The translations under genes were made by a program, and so were the position numbers. Shown here one piece after another: positions 11,620 through 24,337 of a stretch of 64,000 nt of DNA. Source of the stretch: Camelus dromedarius (lineage: Eukaryota). The DNA lies in assembly GCF_036321535.1 (NCBI RefSeq), contig NC_087437.1, positions 19,408,001 to 19,472,000 on the forward strand, given 5' to 3'. The notes beneath the pieces were generated by a model. The model had not been told where the DNA came from. It did not search any database and saw only the letters and a list, made by a program, of their open reading frames with translations. How positions within the stretch are numbered: the first letter of the stretch is position 1; every line of letters begins with the position of its first letter.

Positions 11620-14041
11620 TATTCTTCTCATTTTAATTGTTAGAGTTCTTTACATCTTCTGGACACAAGTCGTTTATTAGAAATACATTTTGCAAATGTG
11701 TTCTTCAAGTCTGTGTCTTCCATTTTCTTAATGGCATCCCTTGGAAGAAGCTTGGGCAAGGGAGGGATATGCCCAGATTTGTGCACACGACTGCTCTGAC
11801 TTTGACTTGGAGAATGGATTTCAGGGGCCAGCAGTGACTTGGGGAGGCCATCACAGTGGTCCAGATAAGAGACGATCGTAGTCTGGATTGGGAGGTGACA
11901 GGAGGGATGGAGAAAAGAGGCTGCATAGGAGGCATGTATAGAAAGTAAGACTGCCAAGGCATGGAAACACTCATTATGCGTTTCCTACAGGAGAAAGACT
12001 TGTCCACAAGACATAATTATTATTAGTAATAGTGACACTCCCATGACTTGGTGGGATTTTAGTGTTCTGATAATTTGGAAAAGGTGGGGCCAGATGAACT
12101 TTAGGGTCTCTTCTAGTGTCATGTACAAACCTTTTGGGGATTATTTGAACAATTCTAAAATATTCTGAGGTGTGTGCCTAGGTGCATTATTATAGATTCA
12201 TAGTCACACACACGTATCTAAAATCCTGAGTTTTGGTCCAAGAAAATAACTTCATGACTGAAAGGGAACGCCATGGATGCAAGAAGACCCTTGCAAAAAG
12301 CAAAGGCACTGTTAGCATAGAAAGCGGGCGGGTGGGGAGAAGAAACTCATATTCATGTATTAACCCAATTACCACAGGTACCTTGCAAATCTGGACTGCT
12401 GTTTAAAATGGGATTTCACATCATTCTGTCCCAAGTGACACAGACAGTATTATAAATGAAAAATCCTCTCCTCAGGCTGGGATACAGAGCTCTGCTCATT
12501 TGGACAGCATGTGCTATTATAGGAAAACCTTTATTTAACGTTGGAAATTCTATTTACCCAGGAGCCCAAACCACTGTTTTATCTGTTCTTGCAAAATAAA
12601 CAAAACACCCTGGCAAACGAGATGCAGAGGAGGCCCTGCGGAATGGAGAAGAATATGAAATCAGGTGTGCAGGTCAATGTCAATGCAATAAATCAGGAGC
12701 ACAGCAGTGATACACATTTTCTCTTCTGATACTAAAAAAGGGAGGTGGCATGAATCAATGAGACAGAGTGAGAGTACAGAAATTTACATATAGTGTATGT
12801 GTATGTGTGTATATATATAGTAGGTTTTGTTGGATTGTTTTATTTCAGGGGCAATGTATGTAAAGGCTAAGAAATAAATGTTTTGCCTGGTGGGAGCCCC
12901 AAGATACAGACATGAATCAGAGAGATGAAGGCATCTCCTCTAGGCCAGCTGGGCCGGTGCCCTGAGCCTACAGAAAGGCAGGACAGGGAGACAGATGGTG
13001 GCAAGCAAAGATGCCTGGTGTCAGGTGCACAGCGTCATAAGCAACCCCTTCTTCAGGAGGTAATGATGAATCTAGCTCATCATGTTGTTCATTTTGCCCT
13101 CTCCTGCCACAGGGCCTTTGTACGTACTGTTCATTCTGCCCAAAAGTCAGTTGGCCTCCCCTCATCCCCAAGTCTTGTGAACTCATCTTTCGGGTCTCAA
13201 ATCTATCCTCTCTTCCCCCATCTGCATTCTATCATCAGGGTGAATCCCTGATATGTTATAGGACCTAAACTTTGTACAATCTTGAAGGCCCCTTTCCAGA
13301 AAAAGAATAAAAATTATGAGTGTGAAATGAAAGATCTACATAATTAAGGTCCCTCCAGTGTGTTGGAAAGGGCCTGGCCAGCGAGGTGCTGGAGCTTAAG
13401 CCTCCTTACTTCACAGCGAACTGGCTGCTTCTGGCTGTCAGAGTGTGTGGTGTACTTGCCCTCGGAGCCCTCGTCCCAGTTAGAAATCCTGCTTAGTTGT
13501 GTGAATATTATTCCATTCCTATCTGGCCTGGAAGCTTCTGGAGGGGAGAGACTGTGTCCATCCTGCTCACCATCGCTCTCCAACTGTTTAGTGCCTGGCA
13601 CAGGAGAGGTCCTCAAGAAATAGGATTTGAATAAATGAATCCTGAACTTTGAATCATAATTAGAATCATAGAACTGCTAGCTCCCATTCACTGGGGGTCT
13701 CCGCTGGCCAGGCCCTGAACATCAGCACTGAGGGTGCGGGCTACGTTGGAAGCTTCAGCCTGTAAAACATGGAAGAGAAAACCAGTATGGGTACTGGGAG
13801 GCAAAGGGAGATTGAAACTGAGGGGAGAGCACCTCTGAGTTAAGGACGTGGCTTCTAATTCTACTGTCAACAGCACTGTGTCCCTCAGAATAACTTCGTG
13901 AGTGGTTGGTATCTCCCCACCCCTAGACTAGACCTTCATAAGATTCTATGCTTCTGTTTCCTAATTTTCCCTCTTGGGAAACTGAGACCCCTCCTCATAT
14001 ACATACCTACTACCCTCCACCTCCCAGCCATGCTCTTAACC

Positions 14042-14253
14042 CAATGGGTCTTGGACCAAGGTGATTATTTTGTGCCCAGGGGACATCTGGCAATGCCTGG
14101 GGGCATTCTGTTGTTATAACTGGCGTGTACTATTACCATCTAACAAATCAAGGCCAGGGATACTGCTAAGCACCCTGCAATGCACAGGACAGCCCCTCAC
14201 AGCAAAGAACTATCTGGCACGGAAGTCAGTAGTGCCCAAGGGGAGAAGCCTTG
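14042..14253 (+). mobile_element. MER20 (hAT-Charlie) DNA transposon
   Basis: ccaggggacatctggcaatg..aggccagggatactgctaa..caatgcacaggacagcccc..aaagaactatctggc matches the recalled MER20 consensus. Confidence 0.8.
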
Positions 14254-14507
14254 CCTCAAACCCACAGCCTCCCTCTCTTACTTTTTCTGGGCACTACAGC
14301 TATTTGCTGTTTTTTGTTTTTTTTCCTCCTTTGCCTTCTATACCCTGCACAGAACAGGTGGGCAGTGTTGCTCAGACAGTAAGGAGGAAGCTATTCACCA
14401 AAGTAAATGCGATGCAATTTCACTCATACAAACAGTTTATTCAAAACAAAACTAATATTTATCATAACAGGGACTATTCTAGGCAAGTGCATTGAATGGT
14501 GGGGGAA

Positions 14508-14617
14508 GCTTATTCAAATGCAGATTCTTAGTCAGTAGGTCTGGGGTGGGGCCTGAGAGCCTGCATTTCTAACCAGCTCCCACAGCAGACAAACACTGGG
14601 CCCACTTGGAGTAGCAA
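14508..14617. mobile_element. MER5-family fragment
   Basis: aaatgcagattct..cagtaggtctggggtggggcctgagagcctgcatttctaac. Confidence 0.65.
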
Positions 14618-15600
14618 ATTTCTTGGCACTTAGGATACAGCAGCCAAAAAAAAAAAAAAAAAAAGCCCCCCTCCCCCCGCAAATAACCCTCCAGAACACA
14701 GACCCTTCCCTTGGGGAGCTTCCAGTTTGGTCAGAAGTGTATTGGACCCAAAGAAGGGTGGAGAGGCTGAAGTCAGAGGCACTCAGAGTCTTAGAAAAAT
14801 GGAAGAGAATTTAGAGGCTGTCTAATTAAACATCCCCATTTTAGAGACTGGGAAACTAAGGCTCATGGTGGGGAAGCGAGGCAGTCAACTTGCTGTGGCA
14901 GCTCCTGGACAAGGCCGTTTGATCCCTATTCCCCTGAATCATCAGGGTCCTTAAGGAGCTCTTAAGGGCAGAGCTCATCAGGGTGGGGAATGGCCAGCAG
15001 CTTCAGAGGTTGCAGGGGCGGAAGTCTGGGGACCCTCACTGGAGGGTCCCACTACTCTCGATGCAGGAAATCCTGATGATTTCCTGCTTCACTCATGTGC
15101 ATCATGACACACCTGCCAACACTGGGATATATTTCGGAAGATACAAGATTCTTCCCACTGACCCTTTGTGTTTCTGCACGATTACATTTGTAGCAAGGAT
15201 GAACCAGCGTAAAATCCTGGAGAAGTCAATTCTGAACGCGTTCAGTCGTTTGGTCAGGAAGTAGAAAGAGTAAACTCAAACTGAATTCGGCCAATCAAAA
15301 CCACCTCTTCCTAACTGGGGGTGGAAGGACAAATCCTGAACACACACAAGGCTCCTGTCTGTACCTTTCAGGGCTCACCTGAACACAGCCATCGACCCAG
15401 AGCTCAGAGAACCGTCTGCTTGGTGTTGAAAGCAGTGTCTTCCCTCCACTGCTCATCCCCGGGAACAGAAACTTTCAAATTCATGCCAGTTCGATTGGAA
15501 CACTAGCAAATTTCATGGAATAGCCAAAAAGAAGAGCAGAGCAACAGCTGGCACATCAGGCATGAATAATATAACAAAGAAAGAAAAAAGAGAAACTTTT

Positions 15601-16420
15601 CATTAGCACTTTTTGATGTCAATTTATTATTTATCCCTTTGCCAATATTCAAACAGGCAGGCAGTCATAAAACATTCAAGAAGATCCTCTAAAATAGTCA
15701 AGGCCTCTGTTTTACCTCAGTTCCTTTTTAGAAACCTGGAAATCGGGAGTGCTAGCATTCATAGATTAGCTGTATTAGAAAAAAATATATATACTGTATC
15801 AAAAATATTGTTTGAGTATCACTACTTAGAAAGACTTTAGTTTAAATTCTATCGATGGCCAGTAGGCAGGCAGACAATGGTTCGTAAGGAAGATTCAATG
15901 TAAATCAGCAAAGTGCAGCTTCCAAATTCTTGACACCCTGACAGAGTGTTATTTTGTTGAAGCAAAGCATTGACAAAGCCTGCCGTTTGGTAATTAGCAT
16001 CCTGTCAAGCCTCTCCAATCAAGACCGGCAAGCTGCACCTGGTCCTGGTTAGAAAAACACATTGTGGGCAATTCCGATCTGACCCTCAGCGGTCCCTGTC
16101 ACGTGCAGAACCTTCAGTGCGCAGCCATAACTACCATTTACAAAATAAGATCTCTTTAACCAGAGGTTCTGAGAGCTCTTGCCTAACCCCAGTGACCTGC
16201 AACACCATTTTAACTTCTATGATAAATGTCCCTCCTTGTGAGGTAGACATTTGGTCCTCCCAAAAGAAGGTATCTCTTCCTGGCACAGAAGACTCCTCAG
16301 AAACAAAACTGCTGTTGAAACAGACCAAATGAAAGATGGAAAAATGAACGAAAACCAAGACCTTAGCCGGCCTGTCCTCAGGAGGCGTTCGGTTGGGGAG
16401 GAGCGGCTGGTCCAGCCCAT
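15601..16420 (-). other. NMNAT3: NMNAT3 3' UTR (about 0.8 kb, end approximate)
   Basis: Non-repetitive sequence between the stop codon and the AATAAA. The cleavage site is inferred about 20 nt past the signal. Confidence 0.65.
15623..15628 (-). terminator. Polyadenylation signal AATAAA of NMNAT3
   Basis: tttatt on the + strand, followed on the - strand by a U-rich downstream element (tttctcttttttctttctttg, about 15575-15598). Confidence 0.7.
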
Positions 16421-16861
<441 letters not shown>

Positions 16862-17429
16862 TCACAAACTGCTTTTCTTGGGATGTATTGGGAACTCAAT
16901 GTCTCCGTGTTCATGACTTCAAAAGAAAAAGCATATAAATGAATCTGAAGCTACTTTAGGGACATACAGGTAGAAGTAATACTTTAATCAATACATCTCA
17001 ATACATCGTTTGTTTAATATTGGCAAAGTGGCAAGTAATACAAAATGGATTTTTTTTTTTCAGGGTTATACCACAAGTCTGTCTGTGGTTGCTGGACCCC
17101 ACGGCAGAGTGGCCCAAAGGGGGCTGTGCTGTACCCAAAACCCTGTCTTCTGATAGAAGATAAGGTTTTTAAATCCCTGAGACTAATAAGCTCCAACCCA
17201 CACTGCCTTTCTCAAAATCTATTTCAGCCCTGACACGTGGTACTTTCATAAGGAAAATCTCATCATAAAGGTTAATTATAAAGGATCTTTGGGTAGCTAA
17301 AAGGTCTCTGAGAGCCCAGCTGGCGACCTTTTCATCTGTTTTCAATAAAACAAAGCTCTAGAACAACTGATCAATGTGGATAAGCCTCTGGCTTTGTTCT
17401 AACAGAGGATGATGAGCGTGATGTTAAAA

Positions 17430-17620
17430 GAGCTTTTATTGGTTGCTTACTCTGCGCACTATTGCTAAGTGCTCTCTGTGTGTAATCTCATTGGAGGTAG
17501 GTGTTACTGGTGTGCCCATTTTGCGGAGGGGGAGACCAAGGCATAGAGAAGGCAAGTGGCTTGCCTGAGGTCACTCATTTAGGCAAAGTCAGGATTCAAA
17601 TCCAGGCAGCCAGCCTCCAG
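17430..17620 (-). mobile_element. MIR SINE
   Basis: cccattttgcgga..gagaccaaggcatagaga..gtggcttgcctgaggtcac..ggattcaaatccagg. Confidence 0.6.
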
Positions 17621-18249
17621 CTGGGGCATTTGAAATTTCTGGGCTCTGCCGCCACCCACTGGCAGGAATTGGACATGCGCCACCCCTGCCTGGATTTCCC
17701 CAGTCCGATCCTGTTCTTGTCCCCTTTGAATGGGCTGCTCCGAAAAGGAAAAACCGAGTCCTCGCTAGAAGTAAGCAAGCAGGCTCTCTGGTCCTTCTGG
17801 AAGCCAGTGCTAGCTTCAGGGAATGGCAAAGGCTGGGCTCCCAGAGCACTGGCATCTCTCAGGCACTGTGAAACCTCAGCTGGGAGGGGCTTCAGGGATA
17901 CCAGCCGCAGAGGGAAACCTACTGCGGAACCTTCCAAGGAATCTGGACCAGAGAGATGAGTTTACAAAGGAGCATCAGGCCAGTGGTGGACTGGGAAGTG
18001 AGAAGTTGTGGGTGTCACGGGGAGGTCGGAGTTCCAGCCTCCATCGGGCACAGGAGGAGGGCTGGAGCTGAGATCCTTCCTCCTCTGGGCCTCAGTCTCC
18101 CCATCCGTAAAATGGTGGCACTGGACCTGTTTGCTCATTTTAAAGCAACAGATGTAATTACAGAAACACACTTCAAACTCTTGAGCAGCATAATCTTGGT
18201 ATAATAAAATGATATTCAAACATTTATTCACGAATTCTCCACGGTGAAG

Positions 18250-18440
18250 AACTAAAACTCGAGAGCCAGACTCCTTGGATTCAAATCCTGGCTCTACCAG
18301 CAGACAGCTGGGTAACCTCAAGTTTAAAATGAAGATATTCACAGTACGTATCTCATAGGATTATTTTCGAATTGAATGAGCTTATAAATGTAAAGTACTT
18401 AGAACAGTGCTTGGAACAAAGTTAGTGTGCTATGTGTTAA
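18250..18440 (+). mobile_element. MIR SINE
   Basis: gagccagactccttggattcaaatcctggctctacc..gtaaagtacttagaacagtgc. Confidence 0.65.
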
Positions 18441-21400
18441 CTGCCATCCACCCACCTATTTACCTTCTTATCCAGCAATCCATTCAACACTCAGCGGAGT
18501 GTCTCCTCAGTGCCCAGCCTTTTAATATCAGTAAAACTGCATTTAAAAATTATTCAGTAACTTAGACTTTTCACTGATTTGGGCTGGTCCCATGCTTCCC
18601 ACATGTATGGGGATTTGAGTTGTTCTGCATCTGCGAGGTTTTACTTTAATTTCTTATTTATTTGACTATTGTAATATAGCAAGAGACCAGCATTAGACCT
18701 TTCAAACAACTGAGTAGTTCTGTGGTCTTTCTATGGGGGAGGTTAAGTGCTGTGCACTGAATTCCAGGGTCTCCTGGAGCCTGGGGCACACCCCTCTGTT
18801 CCCACAGGTCAAAGGTTCCTCTTCTCCTGGTGGATTTTTGTGGGGATGACTTCCACAAGTTTGCTTCAATATTAGATACTGTTTGATTGATTACAAATGA
18901 TTCACTCTGAGCCCTTTCTCGGAAGGGATAAGTACCCACCCCTGCCCCCTTCCCCCAAGTCAAAGGCATGTCTGTGGGGCTGGATCGATGCAGCACGTGT
19001 CTCAGACCCCAACTCTGTGCAGTCCCGTCATCAGGCCCTCCAGAGGCACCTACATTTCCCTTTCAAATCCATCCACATCACTGCTATAAAATCTGCAAAC
19101 TGAGTGACTCTGACTGTCCAAGTCCAAAGACTGTAACTCTGAGGTTTTGAATAAAGGCTGCCAATTGCATTTGTCCTAATGGTGATACAGTGACATAAAT
19201 AGATGTCCGTGGGTGTTTTAGGACAGTGTGCTCTGTCTTTGAATAGCTGCAGGCTTTAGAAAGCAGATGAAGCAGAGATTAACATAGAAAGTGGGAGAAG
19301 GGCCACCAGGACCTTTCCCTTTGAATGTCCAGCTGTCCCAACTCTTTGCCATCAAAGAGCACCAACCCTGAGGTCAGTCAGCCCTAGGTTCAAATTTCAG
19401 ATCTGCAAGGGCCCTGGGATAGTTACGGCTGATGGACCTGTTAGGTGGGGATGATAAAGCCTCCTTTGGAAGTTATGGGAGCTGAGTGATGGAGAGAATG
19501 CAATGGAAATTTCCCGCTTAGAGCAGGAGATGAACACAGGCACGGAGAGAGGTGTGTGGAGTGTGGGACTTCTGGGTCCACACAGGACACCCGAGATGAA
19601 GCCAGGCATTGACAAATCTGAAGGGCGGCACCCAAATTAACCACACAAGGCCACCTGGAAACTGGTGGAGTGTCTGCTCTGGTTGTATGAAAGGAGAATC
19701 TTCTGAAGGTTGCTCGGCCTCATCAGCCAAGGCAGGGACCACCTTCACAGGAGACAGAGTCGGGGTGTGAAAGGACTGAGCCATCATCCATCCCACAGTG
19801 TGATGCTCTGGGTGAGTCCAAGGAGGACTGCAGATCACAGGAGTGATGGGCAAAGCCGGGCTCTGGCAGCCCAAAATGCTGAGCTCAGCTGCTGGTTTGC
19901 AGTCCCAGAGTAGGATAGCAGGCAGCAAAACACACAGCACACAAAATGGCCCTTAGGAACATGTCACTAGGAACATACAAGCAACCTCGTCAAATGCCAA
20001 ACTTACGGTGAGAAAAACTCCACCTTCCTATTCTTAGTTGCTCTAGTTTTTTTCTTTTTCTGACTACAAAAAAAATCTGTGTCAATTATGGAATGTATGG
20101 AAAATATTTACGTATTTAAAGTGGAAAATAACAACAGTTCTGCTTTCTACAAAAAACTCAATATTTTAGTGTATTTCTTTAGTCTTTTCTATTTAGACAT
20201 GCAAATAGATATGAAAGTATATTTACACATTTTTTATGTACTTGAGATTATACAGTAATTGTATACTGATTGTTTTCCACTTACCTCCTAAGTGTTTCTC
20301 CCTATCATGAAAACCTTCTTCGGTAGATTCTTCATTGGATATATACAATATAACTTACTTACACATTTCCTTATATTTAAACACTGAGGATGCTTTTATC
20401 TGCCATTATAAAATTGGCTGTGATCAATATCTTTCTGCATAAATCTTTGTCCCAATTTCTAATTACCTCCTCAGCCAGATTCCTAGAAGGGGAATTTCTC
20501 AAGCAAAGGGCGCAGACATTTTTCAAACCCCTGATGTATTTTGGTAAATTAAAAAGCCCACTTTCTAAAACTTCCGTTTTTAACAGTTACTTCGGATGAG
20601 GGCAAGACGAGTGGGATTTAGGGTCTGAACGGAGAGAAAGGGGGTAAGGAATAAACCCCTAACATCACAGGGCCAAGCAGAGCAGGCTAGTAGCCCCTGG
20701 AAAAAGAAATCTAAAAAGAATGTGGGGTGAGCTTTGGCGGAGGGAGGGGCTGGTTTCACAGGGAAGGTGGGTTCCAAACTGGGCCTCACAGGACAGACAG
20801 GTTTTCAATAGAGGAGCCAAGAAGGGAAGGGGGATGAGGGGTAGGCCAGGACAAAAGGCAGGGATTCTGGAAGCATCTGCAGAGAGGTGAGGTGTAAGAA
20901 GCTGGGAGCAACAGAGCGGCATTCCTCCCACTTCGCTGGCTGCCAGCTCCTTTCCGCTCCACTCCCTCTGGAGGCTCCAGCATTCCCCCACTGGCACGGA
21001 ATGCCCAGCCCCTGTGTGCCTCACTCAGCTGCTCCTCTGCCCCAAACATCCCAACCCCAGATGAGTCTGCACCGCGATGCAGGGTCTCCTCCTCCAGACG
21101 GCCTCCCTGATCCATGCCTGGACTCACCACCATTCACAGTCTGTCCCCGGCTCAGGGCAGGGCTGGGGCAGGCCATCTCTGTTCTCAGCCAGCATCTCTA
21201 GAACACTCTTAGGTGTGATGTGGAGCCAGAGGTGATTCAGACAGAAGGCAAGGACTGAGCATGAACACTGTGCTGTGCTCATGACCTGGGGACAGGCAGG
21301 GAGGAGCCCACGCAGACAACCGAGGGGCGGACAGGGAGACCAGAGGCGTGTAATGAAGACTGCATGCACTGATTATATAGGACACTCTGTAACTCCTCCT

Positions 21401-21625
21401 TCCTTAGGTTCCTCCTCCAGTATCACTCCCCAGACTGGCGATAGAGCAAATCCCAGGACTGCCTATTAAACATCCAGACTCCCAGGCCCCGTTCCCTGCT
21501 CAGGAGGTCTGGGGCGTGGCCTGGGAATTAGTGTTTTTAACCAGCCTTGCAAGTGATTCTGCTGTGAGCGATCCTTTGACCAGCATTCAGTATATCCTTT
21601 AGGGCCTGGTGGGATATTCAAGTCC

Positions 21626-21649
21626 TTTTTATTTTTTATTTTGTTTTAA

Positions 21650-21707
<58 letters not shown>

Positions 21708-21797
21708 GTAATAATAATTTAATGGAGGTACAGGAGATTGAATGCAGGACCTCATGCATGCTAAGCATGCACTCTACCACCAAGCTATACCTTCCCC
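21626..21797 (-). mobile_element. Camelid Vic-1-type tRNA-Ala-derived SINE with simple-repeat tail
   Basis: Minus strand GGGGAAGGTATAGCTTGGTGGTAGAGTGCATGCTTAGCATGCATGAGGTCCTGCATTCAATCTCCTGTACCTCCA (tRNA-Ala AGC-like head), then an AT-rich tail. Imperfect TSD ttcaagtcctttt / ttcaaaccctttt. Confidence 0.8.
21649..21718. repeat. (TAA)n microsatellite with one interruption
   Basis: Seen directly. Confidence 0.95.
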
Positions 21798-22747
21798 TCT
21801 TTTCAAACCCTTTTAGAAAAGCATTTCCCAGTCTGTGTTCTGGGGAGCACCAGTTCTGAGAAATACTAACAATGCATTAAAAAGAGTCCTGTGGTTAAAA
21901 AGTGGTAAGAATGCCTGAGACCTATTCCCCTTTCTTACAGAGTCACAGTACACATGAACACAGTAAAGGCTCTGAAAAGTTTTGCAGTAAAGACGCCACT
22001 TTAAGTTTGTTTAATTGTGAAATTCCAGAGCCCTTCTGATCTGGAAATAGTGTCCCACTAACCAAAGTTGGGAGAGCTGCTTTAGGAAACCCTGCAGATG
22101 AGCCGGCCAGAATTTCAGCCCAGTGGGACCAGTGATTCCTTGCCCGCACGCATCCTGCCTCCCATCGCTGGTGCTCCTGTGTATCTGCACGAGGGGCTGT
22201 GCATCTGACCCTGGGTACCAGAGCTGGCGTGCAGAAGGGAGGCACCCGCAAATCACAGCTGACACGGTTCTGTCAAACACCGGCAGCTGACAACAGGGTA
22301 GAAACTCAGGACTACAAATTAGAAGGATAATCCAAATTGACTTTAAATCCCTTAAAAATAAGTTTCCTTTTCTGAGTAAAACATTGAGTAACACTGCTCT
22401 GAAGTATTAGCCTCTCGATTTAAGGGTTATAATGGCACTTTTTGTATTCGAAAAAGCTGAGGTTTTCCAAAGCAGCCCAGCAGAACCCCGCATTTTATCC
22501 CTGACTGTAATCCAGGTCATAAGCACAAATCACAAGGGGAGGTAAACTCCCTTGGGGGCAGAAAATCCCAAATTAATGTAACAATTTACAAGGGATGGTG
22601 GCAGATTGCTTATTTTGAACTTCTAACACGAGAAGCCAAGCAGGTCTCAAAAACTTTTATCTGTGTCCAGGGGGCTGTGACTCCCATCTGTTCTCGCCGG
22701 GAACCATGACATCTCACCCTCCCACGGATGAGGGGGTCAGCACCCAC

Positions 22748-22830
22748 CTGCGGGGGCCGGGGAGGCGGCCCTGCCTTGGTCTGCGCCTTCTGTCTTGGGC
22801 AGAGATCTGAGCAGTTCGCTGCGATGATGC
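22748..22830 (-). CDS. NMNAT3: NMNAT3 short coding exon, 83 nt (R/HHRSELLRSLPKTEGADQGRAASPAPA/A), the variable isoform-specific linker
   Basis: Read manually; not in the ORF track in this frame. Acceptor acacag|G and donor GCAG|gtgggt. Phases 2 and 1 join both flanking exons in frame. Resembles recalled human [21 protein letters not shown]. Confidence 0.93.
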
Positions 22831-24195
22831 CTGTGTTGTAAGCAGAGGGGCTCAGGGTGTGTCCGTGCCACCTACAGTCCCCCAAAGCCACCCAGGGCGG
22901 GTCTCTGATTTTAAGCCTCAACCTGCTTTTGTCCATTTTAGGCAGCTCATTCCACAAATATTTGTTGAGTGCCTACTGTGGGCCAGGCCCTATGCCCAGG
23001 GCTGGGACCTAAAGCAGACAGGGCTGGGAGCTCACAGAGGGCCCTATCTGACAGCTCACTGCCTTCCCTGAGCCCTGCGGAGGGAAGGAAATGGGCATAT
23101 TTCTACTCTTTCAGTATTTCCTTTCAGTATCTCACTTAAAAAAAAAAAAAGCTGAATAGGGATTAAGGACCTGGGCTACTAGAATCAGATGGACCTGAGC
23201 TCATTTGTAAAGCTGGGATAATACACCTACTTTTTAGACTTTTGTGATAGTAAATGAGCTACCACACAGGAAGCACTGGCACAGTGCATGGCCTACAGTT
23301 GCTGCTCCAAAAGGATGCTCGCTCTTATTGGAAGCTAGTACTTCAGAACTTGACAGGGTGATGGCTCAGAGCCTGGCTTGGGGCCAGGCTGTCTGGGTTG
23401 AATCCCAGCTCCCCCACCAGCCAAATGTGGGACACTGGGTGGGTGGTTTCCGGTCCCAGCACCTGCAAAGTGAGGAATGATGACAGTGCCTGCCTCCAAT
23501 GGGTGGTTATGAAGATGAAAGGAGTTACACATGCAACGTGCACGAAACGACGTGCAGCACAGAGCAAATCTCATTACGTGTTAGCAGTTCAAATATGATC
23601 TGACTTACACCAATTTGGCAGGCCTGGCTCTTTCAGTAATCTGTCTTCTGCAAATCAAGAGGTACCCGTGCCTTCTTTTTTTTTAATCAAGCACAGATAA
23701 TCATTACGTCTTGTATCAATTTGATCTTCAATCTTCCACCAGCTGTAACATGCATTTACTGGAGCTGTGTTTGGGAGGGAGTAGTGCCTGGTATGAACAG
23801 CAGGTGCTTTGTAGCCAGAGTGGCCAGGTTCAAGTTTAGGCTCCCCTGCTTGTATGACTCTGGGTGAATCACTAACACTCTCAGAGCCTCCTTGACCTCT
23901 GTTAATTGGTCAGGAAAGTTAATGCCCGCCTTGCCTACACTGGGATCACAAGACCATGGAGGAGAAGTGCTTCTTCCTGGCTGGGCAAGTGGCTGATGCT
24001 GACTGTCACTGGGAGAAGGTGCAGTGGAAAGGTCATGTTCTAGAATGAAATGGCCTGGAATTCTGGTTCCAACTAGCAGTTGTGGAATCTTGGTGTTCCA
24101 CGGGCAATCTGCCTCCAGTTTCCTTATCTGTAGAATGGGGGATGATACAGGACCACTCCAGAGAGCTGTTGTGAGGGTGAATTAAAGAGCTTAGC

Positions 24196-24337
24196 TTGTA
24201 AACTGACTATAATTCAGTAAAAATATATATATTAAAAAAACAAATCTATGTATGTTCATGTATGACTGAAGCATTCTGCTGTATACAAGAAATTGACACA
24301 ACTCGTAAACTGGCTATACTTCAATAAAAAAATATAT
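24196..24337 (+). mobile_element. Very short 5'-truncated L1 3' end with 15-bp TSD, inserted in a MIR
   Basis: ATTAAAGAGCTTAGC at 24181-24195 and 24338-24352. L1 terminal motif gtaaactg.ctata.ttca.taaaa. Confidence 0.85.

Noticed and set aside
11141..11620. 159-aa ORF and similar ORFs at 10047, 43777, 54898 and 55645
   Set aside because: These are L1 ORF2 C-terminal remnants, not host genes.
1..15500. RBP1, expected downstream of NMNAT3 by human synteny
   Set aside because: I found no exon encoding MPVDFTGYWKM or other CRBP1 peptides. It probably lies left of the window.
21723..21797. tRNA-Ala(AGC) gene
   Set aside because: The B-box/T-arm is mutated, and an AT-rich tail and TSD-like flanks indicate a SINE.
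22610..22957. 115-aa minus-strand ORF spanning the short exon
   Set aside because: It is in a different frame from the spliced NMNAT3 frame and has no recognisable homology.
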